A stretch of 63,584 nt of DNA, filler included, from Octopus bimaculoides (taxonomy: Eukaryota), in assembly GCF_001194135.2 (NCBI RefSeq). It is 5 parts of 5 records of this genome, joined end to end, with 100 filler letters (N's around TTAATTAATTAA, not from the genome) between each part and the next. Parts side by side here need not be neighbours in the genome. Positions count along the whole stretch, not along the records: positions 1 to 19,825 come from NC_068989.1; 4 more parts are not named here. One strand, written 5' to 3'. Position numbers and translations under genes: made by a program. This document shows positions 1 through 14,400 of this stretch, in pieces (positions within the stretch are counted from its first letter, which is position 1; every line of letters begins with the position of its first letter). Below the pieces are notes generated by a model, which had not been told where the DNA came from, made no database searches, and saw only the letters and a program-made list of their open reading frames with translations.

Positions 1-273
1 GGGGGCACCGGCAACGACCTCGCTCGAAACACCTCATGTGTCACCCGCAAGCCGGCCCAGGGGCACCGGCAACGATCTTGCTCGAAAGATTTCATGTGTC
101 GCCCGCACATGAGCCAGTCCGGGGGCACTGACAAACGATCCCGCTCGAAAGATATCATGTGTCGCCCGCACATGAGCCAGTCCGGGGGCACTGGCAAACG
201 ATCCCGCTCGAAAGATATCATGTGTCGCCCGCACATGAGCCAGTCCAGGGGCACTGGCAACGATCCCGCTCGA
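1..273. repeat. GC-rich minisatellite, ~60-63 bp unit, ~4.5 copies visible (runs off window start)
   Basis: Unit GGGGGCACTGGCAAACGATCCCGCTCGAAAGATATCATGTGTCGCCCGCACATGAGCCAGTCC starts at ~1, ~60, 121, 184 and 247; array ends in (TA)n. Confidence 0.9.
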
Positions 274-1519
274 ATATATATATATATATATATATAATAC
301 TTCCGTCATTTACTACTTCCATTTACTACAGTGCATCAAGTGGTTGGAATATCTCCTTAAATATATCATTTATGCGCATGCTGTACACGTGCGGTTTAGA
401 GATATACGTATAAAGACCGTTTAAGTGCTTCGATCGAGTCCATTACTGTCGATCACTGAAACAGCATTTTGATAGCACACGTGTTGTATCATTCACAGGA
501 GATTTCATTGATCAAACACGGCACCATTCTTAAGTGAGCCTCATAAAATTACACCTGCGTGACATGTCCCCACCCCTAAATTACGACCAAATAAACCTCG
601 TCATGTATTCGAATATAAGATCTTACTCTCTCTGTCATTTTAATTCTATATATATCTATACAGTGTAGGTTGATAACAAGTTATTTGAAAAGATAATTAA
701 CCTTCACCGACCAGAATATGTAATGACGATACAGACATTCTTTTAACATCCCACAGAATCCTTTAAAATCTCTGCCATTAATGAAGAAATAGCCGATGTA
801 ATAATAGCAGAACATTTATTTATAAGAATTCTCAATGATTCGAATTACAATTGCTGACTGCTTTACAGCTAGTTATATGCCATTAGCTTTCTATACTGTA
901 ATGTCCAGTTAAGTCTCTTTAATCTTTATAATAAAGGGGATTTTGGTATAAGGTTACCGACTTTAATTGCGAATATAAACAATTGTTAACACAGTGGTTT
1001 AAACGAGAAATGTCTTTAGGCTGATGTAAATGTACATCACGCTATGCTAGAAATGCTATAACTTGTGGGAGCTCAGACGGTCATTATGTATCCAGCTTCC
1101 TACTCTGCATTCCTTGTTTTAGTGTTCGGGATTAAACAGGTTTATGCAATGCTATTTAATGATGATTTAACGTGTACTCGGAAAAACAATCTAATCGCAA
1201 TGGTGTATGTTATTTTCTATGGTGTTACACGTTATTTGCTTTCTTACCAATGAAGGGGAAGTAAAATGGATTATATCTTTGTTTGTTCCAATGTACATGT
1301 TTGTGGTCACATACACAAAATTACATTTACATCTATACACAATGACGTATATGTATACATGCATTTACATATACATACACACAGGCGCACGCACACACAC
1401 GCTCAGACAAACACACTTATAAAGACGCATGTCTATATTTATGTGCGTAATAAAATTCGATTTGATTGTTTTTCTAAAGCATTATGTTTAATTTTTTAAC
1501 AAACATTTGGTGATAAAAT

Positions 1520-1912
1520 TAATATTGATTTGAAATTTTGGCACAGGGATAGCAAATTCGGGGGAGGGTGTAAGCCGATTACATCGGCTGAAATACTCTA
1601 CAGGTACTTATTTTATTGACCTCGAAAGGATGACAAGCAAAATCGACCTCAGCGTAATATGAACTCGGAACGTAAAGGCAGCTGAAATACCGCTAAACAT
1701 TTTGCCTGTAGTACTAACACACAGCTAGCTAGCCGCCTTAGAATTAAGAAATTTTCTTTTCTACTCTAGGCACAAGGGCTGAAATTTGGGGCTGGGGTCC
1801 AGTCGATTAGATCGATTCCAGTACGCAGCTGGTACTAAATTTATCGACCCTGAAAGATGAAAGGCAAAGTTGACCTCGGCAGAATTTGAACTCAGAACGC
1901 AAAGACAGACGA
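1520..1912 (-). mobile_element. Two adjacent degenerate copies of tRNA-derived SINE family 1
   Basis: Both match the full-length copy at 55090-55306 (ATCGACCC..GAAAGGATGAAAGGCAAAGTCGACCTCGGC..ATTTGAACTC..AACG). Confidence 0.8.
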
Positions 1913-3069
1913 ATTAAAAAATACTAATTTACATACTGTCCACAATAAAATAATGAAATAATATGCATTACAATCATACAGGTTACTATTAAAATATAAG
2001 TGTATATACCAGAAAATATTTATATAACTATAGATTTCAAAATATTAGAAAATGAATGATGCATTAAAACACATGTGTAACTATAATTCTGCAGAAATGA
2101 ATAACAGAATGACATTCTCAGCCTATCAATATATTCATATTTCTGTCAAATAAATATATCTGTTTTTTTACGTAAGAATTCAATCAGGCATACGCACATG
2201 CACGTATGGATGTATATATTACTCCACGGGTACACATACATCCTTGTCAAATAGAGGCATGCATACTGATGCACAAAAGTTACAGTAACACTCTTGTCTA
2301 TGTGCAGTATACATTGATATTTCTTTTCACAAACGAGTATATATATGAAAGAAGGTTTGAAAATGCAATTTTAAAGATGTTTATTCACTTGACCGGTTTC
2401 ACTTTTTTAGAAAAGGATTGTCAAAAGTAAAATGTAAAGCTTTGTATGAGCTTTGTTAAGTAATGGTTATCACAAAAGTATTAAAATACAGAATTACATT
2501 CTTTGATAATAATAAGAAAATGTTACAAACAGTTTACAAGAAAGCATTTAAGAAAGTAATCAGAACGGAACTCAAAGAAATATTGTTTGTTTGGTAGTAT
2601 ATATATACACAGAAGGAGATATATCTAAGAATTTGCAAGAAATTGTAGAGGAATAACTGACCTGTCTTTCTGACATTATTCCTTGTTTGTAGCTAAGGCG
2701 TTTTTGTTATTTTCAGGGACAGTGTGGGCGGTTGGTTGGGGACGGAGGAAGTGCAATGTGGATTCAAAAGGATATTTTTTGTTTCTGATATAATACACCA
2801 CCTCTTGTATATATACGCACACACACATAGAGACGTGTACAGAGAGATGCACACAGTCACACAATTATGACCTCTAAGAACTGTCCTAAAAGCCACTGAA
2901 CCATGACAAACTGGCCCAGAGACAAAAAAAAATCCTGTTGATTCCACATTGCTCGTCCTTCCCTCCCCCGACCAACCTACCACACTGTGAATAAACATTT
3001 AAAATTGCATTTTCAAATCTTCTTCCATGTATATTTCCACTCGTGCAATACCTTACAACTCTACTTTGT

Positions 3070-3131
<62 letters not shown>

Positions 3132-3333
3132 NNNNNNNNNNNNNNNNNNNNNNNNNNNNNNNNNNNNNNNNNNNNNNNNNNNNNNNNNNNNNNNNNNNNN
3201 NNNNNNNNNNNNNNNNNNNNNNNNNNNNNNNNNNNNNNNNNNNNNNNNNNNNNNNNNNNNNNNNNNNNNNNNNNNNNNNNNNNNNNNNNNNNNNNNNNNN
3301 NNNNNNNNNNNNNNNNNNNNNNNNNNNNNNNNN

Positions 3334-3372
<39 letters not shown>

Positions 3373-5012
3373 ATAATATATATATATATTATATATATAT
3401 ATAATAAATGGAAAGTACATTAAATGCTATTGAGCATTACCACTCAGTAACTAACACCATGCATCCCGACTGTTGTTAACAATAATTTTATGTTATATAT
3501 ATATAAATATATATATATCATAGATGTAAATCCATAGATTAAAAATAGTTTCCACTTACTTTAAAAAGAGTGAACGCTTTAACTCATTTTCAAACTATTC
3601 ATGTATGTGTTCGTATGCGTGTGTATGTATGTATGTATGCATGTTTGTGTATGTATGTGCGTACATATGTATTATTTGGGTCGCATCAATTTCTTACTAT
3701 TTTGAGCTTCGTCTATGGAAACAGAGATTCTTCAGGCAAGTTATGACTGAAACATGAGGGAATTTACACTTATATATATAGGTTTCCTGTCATAGGGTTT
3801 AAAGGTGGAGAGATAATACGATAAAAAGAAGAATGTATGTGATGAAAAAGAAAGCTTTAAAATACAGGGCAATAAAAATGGGAAGAAAACTGAACAAAAT
3901 AAAAGAATAAAAGAAAATGAAGACAGAGGTAGTAAGAAGAGAGGAGAAAGAAGCATTGATCGTAGAGGGGGTAATAGGATGTGGGTGTATTAGAATGGTC
4001 AAAGCATGCAATGCTATATTAGATTAGCAGCTGAATGAGTTGGGGTTCCATTGACGTTTAAAAGAAGAAATTGATGAATAAATGAGTAAAGGAAAAAATA
4101 AAAGAAATATATAAACATCTCACATGACAGATGAAGTGAACAGAAGAGAATATCAATAGCAGAGTTGCTGATCTGAAAGACTGTTAAAAACTGAGTAGGT
4201 AGCAATTGTGGTAACAATGATTAAACATAGAATATTTACGGAATAAATGAAGGTTGGGACATTTTAGACAAAATAAGACGGTGCACTACTAGAATCGTTT
4301 GCACGCCGGACAAAATGTTTGAAGGTATTTCGGCCGTCATTCCATTCTGAGTTCAAATACAACCTTTCTTTATTTTGGGTCCGATGAAATAAGAACCATT
4401 TGAACACCGGTGTCGATGTGTTCCAAAATTTCAGGCCTTGTGCCTATCGTAAAACGGATTAGTTTGAAGCAAAAATAAATACAGTTTTCGACATCAGAAC
4501 TACATCTTTAAATCCTTAACTTCCTTCAGCTTCAGAGCTTCGGTCATGCTGGGGCAACAACCGTTGACTATACTACTTCCTCTGATATGAAGTAAACAGA
4601 AGTGAATATCAACAGGAAGTGTGCGGATTTGAAAGTTTGGTAAAAACTGACTAACCAGCAATTGTGGTAACAAAGAATAAATGCTTTATGTTTATTGAAT
4701 AATCTGGGGTAAAATTTGAAAAATTTAAATGGCTGCGACGAATAAAAAAGATCCGGGGCGAATTTTAGGATGAAATAAAAAAAAAAAGTCGTTTGTGATA
4801 ATTTAACTTAGACAGACTAGTAGACTCGAAATTGCAATTGATGGAAATATCGACATTATTTCCACCAATGCATTGCTTATACCCAATTCGTATTTATGTC
4901 GATACTGCATCTCTGCACTTTACGTCCGTCAGAGAATCGACGTTTGGTTCGGGGTGCGAACTCACTATATGTACCTATTATGTATATATCATATGAAATC
5001 TTGTTGTGTAAC

Positions 5013-5046
<34 letters not shown>

Positions 5047-6237
5047 NNNNNNNNNNNNNNNNNNNNNNNNNNNNNNNNNNNNNNNNNNNNNNNNNNNNNN
5101 NNNNNNNNNNNNNNNNNNNNNNNNNNNNNNNNNNNNNNNNNNNNNNNNNNNNNNNNNNNNNNNNNNNNNNNNNNNNNNNNNNNNNNNNNNNNNNNNNNNN
5201 NNNNNNNNNNNNNNNNNNNNNNNNNNNNNNNNNNNNNNNNNNNNNNNNNNNNNNNNNNNNNNNNNNNNNNNNNNNNNNNNNNNNNNNNNNNNNNNNNNNN
5301 NNNNNNNNNNNNNNNNNNNNNNNNNNNNNNNNNNNNNNNNNNNNNNNNNNNNNNNNNNNNNNNNNNNNNNNNNNNNNNNNNNNNNNNNNNNNNNNNNNNN
5401 NNNNNNNNNNNNNNNNNNNNNNNNNNNNNNNNNNNNNNNNNNNNNNNNNNNNNNNNNNNNNNNNNNNNNNNNNNNNNNNNNNNNNNNNNNNNNNNNNNNN
5501 NNNNNNNNNNNNNNNNNNNNNNNNNNNNNNNNNNNNNNNNNNNNNNNNNNNNNNNNNNNNNNNNNNNNNNNNNNNNNNNNNNNNNNNNNNNNNNNNNNNN
5601 NNNNNNNNNNNNNNNNNNNNNNNNNNNNNNNNNNNNNNNNNNNNNNNNNNNNNNNNNNNNNNNNNNNNNNNNNNNNNNNNNNNNNNNNNNNNNNNNNNNN
5701 NNNNNNNNNNNNNNNNNNNNNNNNNNNNNATATCTCTCTCTCTATATATACATACACATACACGCGCACACACATATGTATATGTGTATGTATGTACATA
5801 CGTATATATAAAATTGTGTGTGTAGTTATAAATGAAGATTTTTTACTACATTATACAAGCAACTTTCAAATAGTATGTTATTAATTCGTTATGTAAGTCT
5901 AGATTTTGTACACTGTATTTATTGGCTTCATCTAATTAAGATTAAGATAACGAAGAAAACATACTGCTTCTAAGTAGTTCTGCTTTGAAAGAAAATATGA
6001 AGTTGTAACTATTATTTGTATTAGAATTATTGTAACTAATATAAGTTGATTTAGAGTTCATACCATACTGACCGTAGAATTTTGTCTTTGGTACTGTGTG
6101 GGTATTAATGGCAAACTTAGAAGCCAATGTTTGAGCATGTATGTGAACGTTCAACCAGTAAAATTTAACAAATAAAATTTCATGTTATTCGCATGCTGAA
6201 GTCCTGTGCCCGTATATGCATCTATATTTTATCCATA

Positions 6238-6311
<74 letters not shown>

Positions 6312-6753
6312 CGTTCGTATATGTGTGTACTACTATATGTATACATACACATATAGTTTTATAACACGTTCTAATAGAAAGTTCATTAACATTCTTGTCG
6401 CTTGCAGGAGACTTATATTTTTCAAGACCGCTGATTAGCATAGGTTGTCCTTGCAATTCATTTTCTAAGTCGATACCCTGGAATGTCTTACTACATGGTT
6501 AAACAGACATCACTTATTTTGCTATTTTGGTTATAAAAGGATTTACTTTTAATTTGTGAAGAAGTAAAGAACGGTAATTTTTGTTTGTTTTTCTGTTTTC
6601 TTTTGCTTTTTACTATAGAAAACAAAAAAAACGTCGAAACCATAAGTTCTACAAGTAGGAATATAAAGTCCATATATGTCGAAAAATAAATGTTATTCAA
6701 TATAAATTTGAAGACACATACCTACATAAGTACATACATACATATATATACAT

Positions 6754-6798
<45 letters not shown>

Positions 6799-7683
6799 CA
6801 TTCTATACTACTGGAATATAGATGTGTATTACTATTTAACCTTGTATAAGTGAACCAATACTTTTCAAGTTAAAATTTAACAGAAAAAGTTTAAATGAAA
6901 AATATTTTCTCGAAATAATATATTTGAGGATTTGTGAAATTATTTCTTTAAGCAAAAAATAAACAGATCAAGTATATAATAACGATTTTGTTTTTGTTTT
7001 TGTTATTCCGGTTGGCAATATCACGTCTGCTTTTTTTTTTATCGTTGATTTATTTTTTGTTCATTCATTTTGATTTTGTTGATTCATTTGTTTTTATTTC
7101 GTTCATTCATTTGATTTTTTTTTTCACCAACGTATGTCTAATGAACTAAAATCCACCATAGTGTTGGTTTTATTATTTCTCTGGCGGAGATTTGATGCAT
7201 TCATTCTGGCACTAAGTTCGTTATCAGATAAGGAAGTAAAGAGTCGCACCTGACGCGCTAACACTCGTATGTATTCAAATATGTATACACCCATACGAAG
7301 ATACACACAAACACACACACATACACATACACTCATATGTATTAGGCCCTTATACATAAATATATGACCGCATAAATATATGACCGCAGCCACTTGGCTG
7401 AAACACATAAATAAATAAATAAATATATATATATATATATNNNNNNNNNNNNNNNNNNNNNNNNNNNNNNNNNNNNNNNNNNNNNNNNNNNNNNNNNNNN
7501 NNNNNNNNNNNNNNNNNNNNNNNNNNNNNNNNNNNNNNNNNNNGGCGGAGATTTGATGCATTCATTCTGGCACTAAGTTCGTTATCAGATAAGGAAGTAA
7601 AGAGTCGCACCTGACGCGCTAACACTCGTATGTATTCAAATATGTATACACCCATACGAAGATACACACAAACACACATATAT

Positions 7684-8082
7684 TCTTTTACTCTTTTACT
7701 TGTTTCAGTCATTTGACTGCGGCCATGCTGGAGCACCGCCTTTTAGTCGAGCAAATCGACCCCAGGACCTTTTCTTTAGAAGCCTAGTACTTATTCTATC
7801 GATCTATTTTTGGCGAACCGCTAAGTTACGGGGACGTAAGCACACCAGCATCGGTTGTCAAGCGATGTTGGGGGAACAAACACAGACACAAACATATACA
7901 CACACATACATATATATATACATATATACGACGGGCTTCTTTCAGTTTCAACCTACCACATCCACTCACAGGGCTTTGGTCGGCCCGAGGCTATAGTAGA
8001 AGACACTTGCCCAAGGTGCCACGCAGTGGGAATGAACCCGGAACCATGTGGTTCATGAACAAGCTACTTACCACACAGCCAC
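7684..8082 (-). mobile_element. Bipartite tRNA-derived SINE family 3 with internal (CA/TA) microsatellite
   Basis: Minus strand reads head GTGGCTGTGTGGTAAGTAGCTT...GGTTCCGGGTTCATTCCCAC, then CACCTTGGGCAAGTGTCTTCTACTATAGC, a microsatellite, and 3' half ending GCTCCAGCATGGCCGCAGTCAAATGACTGAAACAAG. Homologs at ~19944, 27565, 28871, 32079, 42010, 45941, 46731. Confidence 0.85.
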
Positions 8083-8097
8083 TCCTGGGATGCATAC

Positions 8098-8140
<43 letters not shown>

Positions 8141-8799
8141 NNNNNNNNNNNNNNNNNNNNNNNNNNNNNNNNNNNNNNNNNNNNNNNNNNNNNNNNNNNN
8201 NNNNNNNNNNNNNNNNNNNNNNNNNNNNNNNNNNNNNNNNNNNNNNNNNNNNNNNNNNNNNNNNNNNNNNNNNNNNNNNNNNNNNNNNNNNNNNNNNNNN
8301 NNNNNNNNNNNNNNNNNNNNNNNNNNNNNNNNNNNNNNNNNNNNNNNNNNNNNNNNNNNNNNNNNNNNNNNNNNNNNNNNNNNNNNNNNNNNNNNNNNNN
8401 NNNNNNNNNNNNNNNNNNNNNNNNNNNNNNNNNNNNNNNNNNNNNNNNNNNNNNNNNNNNNNNNNNNNNNNNNNNNNNNNNNNNNNNNNNNNNNNNNNNN
8501 NNNNNNNNNNNNNNNNNNNNNNNNNNNNNNNNNNNNNNNNNNNNNNNNNNNNNNNNNNNNNNNNNNNNNNNNNNNNNNNNNNNNNNNNNNNNNNNNNNNN
8601 NNNNNNNNNNNNNNNNNNNNNNNNNNNNNNNNNNNNNNNNNNNNNNNNNNNNNNNNNNNNNNNNNNNNNNNNNNNNNNNNNNNNNNNNNNNNNNNNNNNN
8701 NNNNNNNNNNNNNNNNNNNNNNNNNNNNNNNNNNNNNNNNNNNNNNNNNNNNNNNNNNNNNNNNNNNNNNNNNNNNNNNNNNNNNNNNNNNNNNNNNNN

Positions 8800-8833
<34 letters not shown>

Positions 8834-9234
8834 CGAATGCGAATGTTTATATGTAGAATGATAACTATATACAGAAATAGAGACGTTAATTAATTGGATT
8901 ATAAATACAAAGATTCAATGATATACGAAATCATCATAAATTCACAGACGCCAAGTATTCGTACGAGCCTATCGTTTTTCTTCTCTAAATATATATTGGC
9001 TTTAAATTCATTTGGTGATAATCGTCTGAATAATTGCAATTATAAATTGTTATGAATTGAATGTGACACATCTGCAGTTATATCATTCGCTATTATTTGG
9101 AAAGATGTAGATGTTGCTCTTAATAAGAAGCATTGCGTCTCAAAGACCTATGATAGAAATCATTCCAGTTTCACCATCGGGTATTTGTTCAGCATATAGA
9201 ACTATAATTTCGCTGCTCTCTTCCGCTATACGTA

Positions 9235-10140
9235 CGAGGTGGTATCAGAAAGTTACCAGATTAGTTCTGTAGCACGCCAATAGATAACAGCACATAGTTT
9301 CCTGCATAGTGAGAGCTAGCAGTGGCCCTCATGAGATAGTGTACCGAATGACATTTCTGTTTTTTTACTTTGCACGTTACGAAACTGGTGTTTTTGTGAT
9401 CACGTGTACGTTGTAGTCTGCAATTTTGTCTTGGACAGGAACAAAGAGCGTTAAACTTGGGACGTCTGCTACAGAGATGTTGAGCTTGCATAGGCAAGCT
9501 TACAATGATGAAGCAATGGGTAACATACAGCGTTTCGAGTGATACAGAAGGTTCAAAGGCGGAAGAATATTCATAGAAAACAATGAGCAATCTGGAAGAC
9601 GAGCGTCACCCCCCCGAAAATATGATACTGTGCATGGAGAATTGCCCCGCCACCAGGGCCAGACCGTCAAGGGAGAGTTCTACTGCGACGCTTTGAAGCG
9701 TTTGAGGGAGGACATTCGTTGAAAGCGACCGGATCTGTGGAGCGTGAAAAATTGGATACTTAACGAGGACAATGCACCCTGTCACTGAAGTCTCGTTACC
9801 CGTGAGTTTCGCGCCAAAAACAACGTGGTACCGCTTCCGTATGCACATTATTTGGCAGATTTAGAACCTCCGGCTTTCCCTCTCTTCCCGAAGTCGAAAC
9901 TTCAATTCAAAAAATCACCGAATTAACACAGTTGTCGAGATCCAGAGTGAATCCCAGATCTTCGATTCACTTATGGAAAATGACTTCCAGGCCGGATTTC
10001 AAAAGTGAAAGGAACGCAGGGATTGGTGCATTTCGATGCAAGATGACCACCTTGAAGGAAATTTTATTAAAACTTAGATGAATATGTTTTACTCTTTTCT
10101 TAAGCATAACCCAGTCCGGGAACCTTTTCATATCCCCTCG
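9235..10140 (+). mobile_element. Internally deleted, decayed mariner (Tc1/mariner) transposon with both TIRs
   Basis: TA|CGAGGTGGTATCAGAAAGTTACC left TIR vs GGAACCTTTTCATATCCCCTCG right TIR. Translation gives QAYNDEAMG..RFE*YRRFKGGR..ENNEQSGR (HTH) joined to HQGQTVKGEFYCDALKRLREDIR*KRPDLW..WILNEDNAPCH..YLADLEP..LFPK (catalytic C-terminus, with stops). Confidence 0.88.
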
Positions 10141-12166
10141 TTGGGCCCTATACGTATTCAATATACTAAGGTGAGATTAGCCGGATTTAGAGTGTTATCT
10201 TTCGCATACTGTACGTGCGACCACTAAAAGAGCGTCACTCCTGGTTTATGAATAAGTTGTTTTCGTGATAGCGAATTCGCAGAGTTAGCCTGCAGGCTAT
10301 TGACGCCTAATAACGTCCTTGTTAGCCTTCAGACTAAAATCAACAATACATATATAAATATATTTGAATGTAATTGTTTTTCAACTGATTTCATTGTCGG
10401 CACACTTTTATATACCAGGGACTATTACTAAAAGTAATAGCTAACTCATTCTTAGTTATTAGTTATTCTTAAGCTAAATAAACAGCTCAAAAAAGATAAA
10501 TTGTTAGTAGGAAACGTTAGATGGAAGTTATTTCTAGAAAATAGCTGTTGGCGCTGAAAAGTATTCACTCTGGTTTTGTTTTGCTCTTACATATTATTGT
10601 TTCTCGTAATGCTAATTTGTTTGCGTCTTTTCTTTGATGTATGCCGCCTTTCATCTTGCTATTGTTGATAAAATAATGTACCAGTCAAGTCCGGTGTAGG
10701 ATATTATCGACCTTCCTACACTCCCCATAGAATTGGTGACCTTGTGCCTAGATTTCAATAATTATCTTATTGTTGTTTTTAACAAAAGTGCAAGGTTATA
10801 AGTTTGGTAAGTCAATTAAGTCGACTCTAATGCAGGCTTTATTCTGAAGTGAGTTTCGCGGACTAAACTCTCTCTCTCTCCTCAATTTCTGGCCTTCTGT
10901 TTCACTTAGATACAGTTAATCTAGTGGCTAGGGTTTTGCACTCACGATTGCGAGATCGCAATTTAAGGTCCTACCCGGTGGGGAGTTGTGCTCTCGAGCA
11001 AAATCTTCATCTCACGTTGTTTTGTGATAACATTGTGCGCCTGTCCAAGCAATGTTGGTTTGATAGAAGGAGCGAGCTAATGTGCAGTACATACACTTGA
11101 TCACTATAAACAAATCACTTGTGCAGGTCGCTCGGCAAATGAAGTCTTCGACGGGAGAAACCGGCGTCGTCCTCATCATCTCATCATCGTCGTTGCTGTT
11201 GTTTAACATTATTATTATTCCATGCAGTGAGCTGGTAGAATCGTTAGCACGATGGACGATATTCTTATCGGTATTTCGCCTGTCGCTGCGTCCTGAGTTC
11301 AAAGATAGATAGATAGATATGTGCATAAAAGTGTATCGCTGCTGTTTTGATGTTACGCCGATTTAAACTCGTGTGTATACATTGTGTCTTTTTATATCCT
11401 TTAAACAGGCAGTTTGGCAATAGAATCTGTGAAAGAAGTACCAAACTGGTATATGTCAGTGTGATTGGCTAAAACTCTTGAAGCCAATCGCCTAAAATGG
11501 TCTCATTTTAATGACTGAATCTAATGCAAGAAATATTATATTCCATTTTAACCTTTTCAAAATATATTTTGTCGTTCTTAATTAAAGTAACCTTTGCCAT
11601 CCGATATTTACTTAACATATTTTACGAGATATTTTTAACATCAGCTTATACATTAATCTGTTAGGCATAGCATGTGAAGTCAGTCAATAACAAAGCTGTC
11701 CAAATCATCCTGTGTTTGCTGCTTAAAAGTAGTGTCACTGAAGGCTCTATGTTGCCGTTTCCACGCTTTGAGGACAATAAAATCTTAACAAACAGCTATA
11801 AATTACTATTATGCAATCGTAAATTTATGTTGCCTACACTTCTTTTCTAAAAGGCGAATGTATCCAGTAAAATTGTTCTGCATAGCTAAACTTCAGTCAC
11901 TTCAATTCTTGTTTAATTAAAATCAAACTGAGTAACTTACAAGCTATCGTTAGGCTTTTAGATATGGCTATCAAAAGTACTTTAAATCACATCTTTCCCC
12001 AGAGAATGAGGTGGGAGACGAAAAGTAATGTGATCCTGGATGTACAATATCAAGAACAACAAACGATATGTTCACGGCTTTAGATAATTTCTTGAGAGGT
12101 CTACCGCATTTGGATAGACCTGGTCCTAAGAACTGATTTTGTGAACTTGTGTGTATTTTGTAACCA

Positions 12167-12484
12167 AGTGAAGGCACGTGGCTTAGTGGTTAGAGCATTC
12201 GGCTCACGATCGTGAGTTCAATTGCCGTCGAGGCGTTGTGTCCTTGTTCAAGACACTTTATTTCACGTTGCTCCAGTCCACTCAACTGGCAAAAATGAGT
12301 AGTACCTGCATTTCAAATGGCCGGCCTTGTCACACTCTGTGTCACGCTGAATCTCCCTTAGAACTACGTTAAGAGTGCACGTGTTTGTGGATTGCTCAGT
12401 CACTTGCACGTTAACTTCACGAGCAAGCTGTTCCGTTGATTGTGTCAGCATGGACCCGCGTCGTCGTAACCGACGGACTGCTCG
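12167..12484 (+). mobile_element. tRNA-derived SINE family 2a with 10-bp TSD
   Basis: Head GGCACGTGGCTTAGTGGTTAGAGCATTCGG..GTGAGTTCAATT; TTTGTAACCA duplicated at 12157-12166 and 12485-12494; 3' tail shared with 18352-18738. Confidence 0.85.
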
Positions 12485-13098
12485 TTTGTAACCAGATATT
12501 TTTTAAAAGCCGCATCTTGTTATTTCAATTCCGAGGTTGTTATTTCGTTTCTTGATAGTATATATTTTATACAGTTCGTGTGTTCTCTTGTATTCTGATA
12601 CAGTTCGTATATTCTAGTGTCACTAGAGATTACATCATTACTTTGCAAATTATGTCATTTCTTACGGGTTTCCAGTTTGTCAGCATAACACTAATTTAAG
12701 ACCTCGTTATTCATCATGTCATGAATTACAGCCTTACAAAAATTCCAGCAACCCAGAATTGATAATTATACATGATGTTTATTGTATATTTCATGTTCGT
12801 CGAATAAACTCATCATAAAAGAAAAGCACTGTCACACCTAGAGATGCACTCTGAAAGAAACGGAAATGGTAGGGTCGGTGACAATCTATTTAAGTGTCAA
12901 TAATGACTTTAATATGAGAGATGTATTAATTCAAATTTATGTCAGAGGAATAAAAACACTGTGAAACAGATTATGCATGCATATGCATACGTACACGTAT
13001 AATACACGCATACATACATTCATATACACACACTAACCACTAACTCACTGTTAAAGGCAGCTTTGACCTTAGTAACAAACAAAAAGTTCTATCTATCC

Positions 13099-13135
<37 letters not shown>

Positions 13136-13889
13136 NNNNNNNNNNAACTCAGGAGATCAATTACTCGCACCGATTTGGGACGATTTCATAAAGGAAATAA
13201 ATTTACTTAATTTGAAAGAAATTGTTCTTTGCCTACGTTAAAATGGCAGGCTGGCAAAATTCTTTCCATGCCAAGCGAAAATCTTAGTGGCACTTTTTAT
13301 TTCTGTCTTTACGTTCTGAGTTTAAATCCCACCCGCCTAGGTCAACTTTGCTTTCATCCTTTTAGGGCTCAATAAAATGAGTACCAGTTGAGGGTTGGGT
13401 CCGAGGTAATCAACGTAACCCCTACCTCTATCCCCGCCGAAAATACTGGATTTTTCCCAAAACTTGAAACCATTATCTGGCACTGACGTCCATGATATTG
13501 GCTAGCCCCATCCCCTAAATGTCAGGCTGTGTACCGATTGTAGAAAGAATTATTTATGTGAAGCAAAACGTCCCACAGGACATATATCAAATGTTTAGGC
13601 CTAGGCTCAATTTACAGAAAGATTACCACCATCTTATGGAACTACTGCAAATAATGATAAATTAAATTAAATCAAAATGATTTCACCTTGAATATTATTG
13701 ATCAGAGAACTGTAAAAATTCAATAGCTATCATTTATGAAAATAGATAACTGGTTTCATATGCGTTCATAGAAACCTGGAAAAGTAAGCATACGAAGTAG
13801 TAGTTAATACAGGGGTGATGGTGTTGAAATAATATGAACTTGAAGAGGGAGATAATTTGGATTGGAGAAATTGTGAAGTATGGCGGAAG

Positions 13890-14400
13890 GAAGAAAATGG
13901 TGCATGTGTATGAAAGTTTGCGTATATATGTGTATGTGTGTATGTGAGTATGTGAGTATATGTGTATATGTATGTATGTATGTATGTTTGTCTGAGTTTG
14001 TATGTGTGTGTATATCGGTGTCAGTGCATATGTTAGTGTGTGTTTGCATGTGTGTGCATGTGTATGTGTGCGTGTATGCATGTGTGTGTGTGTGCTAATG
14101 TGAGTAGATAAGTGTTTACAATAGTGTGAATGTGTGCATGCACGCATGTGAGTATATGGGTGTGTGTGTGCGTGTTTAAATGTGTATTTGTGTATACATG
14201 TGTGTATGTGTTTGTTTTTGTGTATGTGTATATATGTGCGTCTTTGTGTGTCTATGTGTATGTGTATGTGTGTATGTATGTGTATGTATGTGTGTGTATG
14301 CATGTGTATGTATGTGTATGTATGTATGTGTGTGTGTGTGTGCTAACGTGAGTATATAAGTCTTTGCATTCTTGTAAATATGTGCGTGTGTACATGTGTG
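13890..14400. repeat. Degenerate (TG/TA)n low-complexity tract
   Basis: Continuous GTGT/GTAT mosaic; explains the His/Thr- and Val/Cys-rich ORFs. Confidence 0.9.

Noticed and set aside
4873-5825. Long ORFs spanning N-gaps and microsatellites throughout the window ([12 protein letters not shown], poly-S/K/T)
   Set aside because: Produced by Ns and simple repeats; no domain content.
7184-7678. ~135-bp direct duplication across a gap (7184-7318 / 7544-7678); similar at ~62970-63072
   Set aside because: Identical copies on either side of an N-gap are typical contig-overlap or haplotype artefacts.
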